Shown here one piece after another: positions 49,656 to 55,572 of a stretch of 55,572 nt of DNA. Each line of letters opens with the position of its first letter. Positions within the stretch are counted from its first letter, which is position 1. This DNA comes from Octopus bimaculoides (taxonomy: Eukaryota). The stretch lies in the NCBI RefSeq assembly GCF_001194135.2, contig NC_069001.1:6356232-6411803 (forward strand), read 5' to 3'. The position numbers and the translations under genes were made by a program. Under the pieces are notes generated by a model. It saw only the letters and a program-made list of their open reading frames with translations, was not told where the DNA came from and did not search any database.

Positions 49656-49822
49656 AATATTGGTTTCAAAGTTTGGCACAAGGCCAGAAAATTCCGAGGA
49701 AGGTGTAAATCGTTTACATCGATTCCCAGTGTACGACTGGTACTTATTTTTATCAGTCCCCAAAGGTTAAAAGGTAAAGTCGACTTCGGCGGAATTTGAA
49801 GTCAGAAGCTAAAGACGAACGA
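49656..49822 (-). mobile_element. SINE family A, 5'-truncated
   Basis: tattggtttcaaagtttggcacaaggccag…aaagtcgacttcggcggaatttgaagtcagaagctaaagacg. Confidence 0.85.
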
Positions 49823-50639
49823 AGCTGCATTGAAATATTGCTCTCACATCTGGAATACACCTTTATAGTGCACAGGGCACCCTTAACTCCGTCCAGAAAA
49901 ATAAACCCCCACACTCTTATCTATTGATTACAATGATGGAATATGGACCCTGCGTAAAGGTTAATGTACGGGGCTGATGGGAGTTGAATTTTCTTCCACA
50001 AATAGGTGGTAGAGCAACAAGTGCTGAGGCAGATACACAGGTAACTCAGTATTTGATATCTGATAGCAAAAAGTAAACTCTCCTTCATACTTTGACTATA
50101 AGAGATAAACTCTCCCTAACCGAGTACGAAATAAATTCTCCCCGCTATGACAACTTAAGAGAACAAAACTAAACTTTTCTGATCTCATGAAATAGAGGAA
50201 ACCCCGCTATTCATTGCGTTATATGTCAAGAAGAAGAAGGAAGAGGAGGAAGAGGAGGTGGAGGATGAGGAGGATGAGGAGGAGAAGAAGAAGAAGAAGA
50301 AGAAGAAGAAGAAGAAGAAGAAGAAGAAGAAGAAGAATTTTAGAAAACATTTTGTAATATATCTTTTCCTGTAAATTATACGTTTTTCTTAGGATTTTTT
50401 CAAAACGTACTTAATTCCTTTTATATATCTGTCTGGCTAACTTCCTTGTTTCCTTTCTTGTTTATCTTTTTCCCTTCTTATTCTTTCATCTTGTTTTCTT
50501 AAATCCGTTTTTAGTCTCCTAGTTTTTCTGTCTTTAATTTTTATGTCTGACATTCTCCTGTAAATCATTTTTCTTCTCCACCTACATAAATATCTTTATG
50601 AAAGTGTGGCCTCGAGTCAGCATGGGAGCAGAAACACCT

Positions 50640-51050
50640 GATCAACACATCAAGTTAATGTGTCTGGTTGTCGTAGCCATCAGCGAAACCAAGATTTCCC
50701 AGATTAAATCGTTTGACCTTTTTCTGGAAGACCATGACGCCTTCGGGCGTCTTAGATCGAGAAACATAACAGCACTGACCAAAAGTAAATACGATTTTCC
50801 TAAACCCGAATGATAGGTAAGTGGTCCTAGATGTGAGGAGCAGTAAGGTGGGTCCGTCAGACAAGAGTTCCTTCACGCTCCAGCTGAAGCAAGCAAGCCA
50901 GATTCTTTTTTAGATGTCTGGAGATATTTCTATGGACACCTCACTAGCTAGTGTTACCTGCATGGTATTTTAGACGTATGCAGGGATTGTGTGGATATAA
51001 CCGATAAAAATGGTTTTGAAACGCTGACAGACTTAATATATTTAGGAAAG
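50640..51050 (+). pseudogene. Decayed APE endonuclease fragment of an L1/Tx1-like LINE; includes direct-repeat copy 2 (50786-51024)
   Basis: VVAISETK (50667-50690), VVLDV, FFFRCLEIFL…LVL (50903-50955), ILD..RDCV resemble the Tx1/L1 APE consensus. Confidence 0.6.
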
Positions 51051-51846
51051 CTTTAGTTTCAAATTTAGCAGGAAGGTCTAAGGGAATATGAAGAATTTTT
51101 AATAAAGAAAAAAGAAAGAAAACTCGAACATAATCATGTCTTCAATAGTACATTTTGATAGAAAAACCTGTGTTGCTGATTGTGGTCGCGGAGGAAATCA
51201 TGTGTTTGTGTGAATGAGAGCACATTCGCGCCAAAAAGCTATAACACATGATTGAAATTAAACACTTTCATCTTGAAATATATTTTATCCTAAAGCTGAA
51301 ATAATTATATTTGTTGACAACTATTTTCTTGAAATAAGATACATACAAATCAGCTCTTAAATGAGGATTTCTTGTTATAATTTTATTTCTGTGGTCACAT
51401 CATTTTTTAGGGGAAGGGGGTCATATGTGCGGTGCATGTGCCTACATGTATGAATATATATACATATATACACAAACAAACATACATACATACATACATA
51501 CATACATACATGCATACATACATATCTCCAACTTGTTAGAGATATCATCATCATGATTTTACCTCACCGGTTGATACATGTTTGAAATTTTACCTGAAGA
51601 TGGTGAATTTTAAACCCTATTTGTTTTCTTTTTTTATAGCTACACCTCACCTAGAACCAGCTCTGGATCTGATCAACGGTTTAAATTGGATTTGGTACTT
51701 ACATGTCTACAATATCCTACCAACACCTCAGACCTTTATGGTTGCTTTACCTCATTGTGAACCCTATGTTATTGTACATAGCTACTTCACACATCCTACA
51801 TGTTGATGTGCCCAGATTCTAATGAATCTTATAACTAACCCATACT

Positions 51847-51910
<64 letters not shown>

Positions 51911-52302
51911 GACATATACACACATATACTGTATATGTATATGATATACATACATATATATATATATATATATATNNNNNNNNNNNNNNNNNNNNNNNNN
52001 NNNNNNNNNNNNNNNNNNNNNNNNNNNNNNNNNNNNNNNNNNNNNNNNNNNNNNNNNNNNNNNNNNNNNNNNNNNNNNNNNNNNNNNNNNNNNNNNNNNN
52101 NNNNNNNNNNNNNNNNNNNNNNNNNNNNNNNNNNNNNNNNNNNNNNNNNNNNNNNNNNNNNNNNNNNNNNNNNNNNNNNNNNNNNNNNNNNNNNNNNNNN
52201 NNNNNNNNNNNNNNNNNNNNNNNNNNNNNNNNNNNNNNNNNNNNNNNNNNNNNNNNNNNNNNNNNNNNNNNNNNNNNNNNNNNNNNNNNNNNNNNNNNNN
52301 NN

Positions 52303-52339
<37 letters not shown>

Positions 52340-52769
52340 TATATATATATATATACATGTATATGTATATACATATATGTGTGTGTGCGTGTGTGCATAA
52401 ATGTGCGCATATACAGGTGCCTATATGTATGCAGATTTTTACATACGTATACGCGAAAATATATGCGTCAATCAATACATTAGTTATCTAGTACATACGC
52501 GCGTACGCAGATGCATGCATACAATCATGGTAATATGTATCCGGTTATATAACTACACATAAATATATACTTACACACACATACAAACAAACACACACAT
52601 ATATATATATTGATGTGCCCAGATTACATATACACATACATTCACACTGTATATACTTACATACAAAATACAAATACACACACACACATATGTAGAAAGA
52701 CAGAGAGAAAGAGAAAGATAGAGAGAGAAAGAGAACGAGAGAGAGAGTTATACGGGTAGAGAGAGAGGG

Positions 52770-52770
52770 A

Positions 52771-52865
<95 letters not shown>
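52770..52865. repeat. (GA)n tract; further (GA)n at 41282-41332, 53250-53312 and 54718-54805, plus dozens of (CA)n, (TA)n, (TAGA)n and (TAGG)n tracts window-wide
   Basis: Direct inspection. Confidence 0.97.
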
Positions 52866-52866
<1 letters not shown>

Positions 52867-53251
52867 ACTCGGGTAGACTGCAAAGGTGGATGTGTGAGAA
52901 GAAATATTGGATATATAGAGCAGCAAACGAAAACAAAACATCAAGATATCAAGGAAAACGAAAACAGAATGCAAAAATAAAGGAAAAAAAGAACGAGTAT
53001 TGTGCAGAGGTGAGTTGGTGAATAACGCTCTAAGTGCAACGAGTGCATCATTGTAAAAGCATTGTGCACTGAGTGCAGCGGATAGAGAAAGAAAACGAAA
53101 GAGAGAGAGGGAGTTTGAGGCGTTGCACATATCTTGCAGTTGAGAGAGGTGTTGAGATAGTGAGTAGGAAAGCGAAAGAGGAGGAGAGATGGAGAGAGAA
53201 AGAGGTAAAGAAGATTCAGGACAGAATGAAGAGGTGGAAGAGAGAGAGAGA

Positions 53252-53312
<61 letters not shown>

Positions 53313-53637
53313 NNNNNNNNNNNNNNNNNNNNNNNNNNNNNNNNNNNNNNNNNNNNNNNNNNNNNNNNNNNNNNNNNNNNNNNNNNNNNNNNNNNNNNNN
53401 NNNNNNNNNNNNNNNNNNNNNNNNNNNNNNNNNNNNNNNNNNNNNNNNNNNNNNNNNNNNNNNNNNNNNNNNNNNNNNNNNNNNNNNNNNNNNNNNNNNN
53501 NNNNNNNNNNNNNNNNNNNNNNNNNNNNNNNNNNNNNNNNNNNNNNNNNNNNNNNNNNNNNNNNNNNNNNNNNNNNNNNNNNNNNTATATATATATATAT
53601 ATATATATGCATACATATATATACACACGCATATATG

Positions 53638-53680
<43 letters not shown>

Positions 53681-54705
53681 ATAGATATATATGCTCTCCC
53701 TATCTCTCGCTGATACACACACACACACATATATACACACACATACACACACAGAGAAGAACAGATGGATAGAGAGGGAGAACGAAAGAGAGAGGTGTAT
53801 ATAGGTATTTCAATAGTGGTGTAGAAATACTTGTAGATTGTATAAATATAGATATCTATATAGGTAGGTAGGTAGGTAGGTAGGTAGGTAGGTTAGAAAA
53901 TGAAAGTAGGTAGACGTATGGATTGCTAGATAAATAGATGGATAGCCAGCTAGCTGGCTAGATAGATAGATAGAGAAAGAGAGCGAAGATGCAAATGTTA
54001 GTAGGTAGATTGTTAAGTAGATAGACAGGCTGGTGTATACTTGGAAAGAGAGAAAGACCCAGGGAGACCAACGGAAGGAGATATGCATAATCATTTGACA
54101 AAAAGCAGAAGAGCGAGTCTATGAGTAAGGGAGAGAAAGAGCATAAAAAATGGATCCGAAGAGAGAGGGTAAAAACTGGAGGATCCCACAAACGCTACTT
54201 ATAAATATGTGCTGTTTATAACATACTTATACACACACATATGTGTATGTATTTATGTGTGTGTGTGAACATATATATATCCATAATAATAAATACCAAA
54301 ACGAATTTCTGTGTGTCAGTGTGTCACACTTTGACACCCCCTCTCTCACTAATTTTCAATGACACTTCTTCTACTCCTCGTCCTGGGGTGAGAGTAATAG
54401 TAGGCATAGAGAACGGTGGGGGCGGTAGTAGATTGACAGTTGAGAAGGTAGCTGGGTGATAGTAATAGCATGAGCCGTAGCTGTGATAGAGGCGGAGGCG
54501 ACGGTGGTGGCGGCGGTGGTGGTAGCTGAGGTGGTCAAGCTTGACGATGATAGTAAGGGATGTGAAAGACAGTGGTGATGATGGTGGAGGGGAAGACGGC
54601 GAAATATTGATGGTGGTGACGTCAGAAGTCTGAATGCTGTGTGTATGGCAGTTGTGGTGGTGATGGTGGTGGTACTGGCCATGGTGATGATTGAAAACAA
54701 TAAAC

Positions 54706-54806
<101 letters not shown>

Positions 54807-54860
54807 AAGAGGTTAGACAAAAAAAAATTGACTCCCGAATGGGAAGACAAATATATATAC

Positions 54861-54891
<31 letters not shown>

Positions 54892-55460
54892 TGTAATTCT
54901 TTATGAAGCGTATGCTATCTGCAGAAGCAGACAGCCCCTATATTATTCTCAATTCCATTCTAACTTTTACTAATGAATTATAGCCCCGTGGTCGAGTGAG
55001 AAACTTTTCTTCGAGAGCAAGAATCGAAACTCTCGAGACAATTTGAACTTAGAATCTAAAAGAGACGAGGAATATTCCATAAGGCGTCTCATCCGATGCT
55101 CTAAAAATTCCAACAATGAACTGCCTTGCCCAGACAGGCTCTCTATTCTTACACTGCAAAATGATGAAAAACTAAATTTGACCTCTGTCTTATTTGAACT
55201 CAGAATGCCGATTGCCAGAGCAAATACTGCAAGGCTTCCTATCCGACGTGTCTGTGCATTAAACTTTGAATAAAGTCCACTTTCTAACATGAACCGGCCG
55301 AGGGCATAAACAGGGTCAATATCCTCCTGTAGCATATCGTTTCATAATTGACCCATCTTTTCTTTGGCCATCCACGCGGTTGTCCCCCATTTAAGCTTAG
55401 TCTTAAAGCTTCTCTTAGTTTTCCTGTTGGTTGCCATTATGCGAAATATCTCTGTCAACA

Positions 55461-55518
<58 letters not shown>

Positions 55519-55572
55519 CCCCCCCTCTCTCTCTCACTCTATATATTTAGCAGAAGCAACATTGACTGAAGG

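Noticed and set aside
49316-51024. LTR retrotransposon/TRIM reading of the direct repeat
   Set aside because: No TG…CA termini, PBS, PPT or TSD; the repeat is internal LINE coding sequence.
52866-53015. Consensus donor AG|GTGAGT at 53010 with an open upstream frame
   Set aside because: No acceptor (the upstream sequence is (GA)n) and low-complexity Lys/Asn-rich translation.
55342-55344. In-frame TGA as selenocysteine
   Set aside because: No redox motif context and no SECIS assessable; a simple nonsense codon is more likely.

Overview
AT-rich, microsatellite-saturated animal genomic DNA from a short-read scaffold (13 N-gaps, nearly all flanked by simple repeats). The SINE families and repeat landscape point to an octopus or other coleoid cephalopod (inference from recalled repeat consensus, not from a search). 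I could not identify an intact host protein-coding gene; almost all long ORFs in the track are translated microsatellites or run through gaps. The non-repetitive-looking sequence is mostly decayed transposons: a Tigger/pogo transposase (12113-14265, minus) with a nested SINE, two mariner fragments, a maT-like fragment, a Helitron PIF1-helicase fragment, four RLE-type (R4/Dong-like) LINE fragments, a Tx1/L1-like endonuclease fragment, and about 25 tRNA-derived SINE pieces of three families. The most unusual structure is a decayed Penelope-like retroelement (RT + GIY-YIG, 14793-17810, minus) carrying three copies of its ORF-start segment in +/-/+ orientation. Two copies form a 184/185-identical inverted repeat despite the heavy ORF decay. 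Also notable: two or three minimal type-I hammerhead ribozyme motifs, a perfect 239-bp direct duplication, a 21-bp codon-preserving minisatellite, and an unidentified bidirectionally open coding-like island at the right end.
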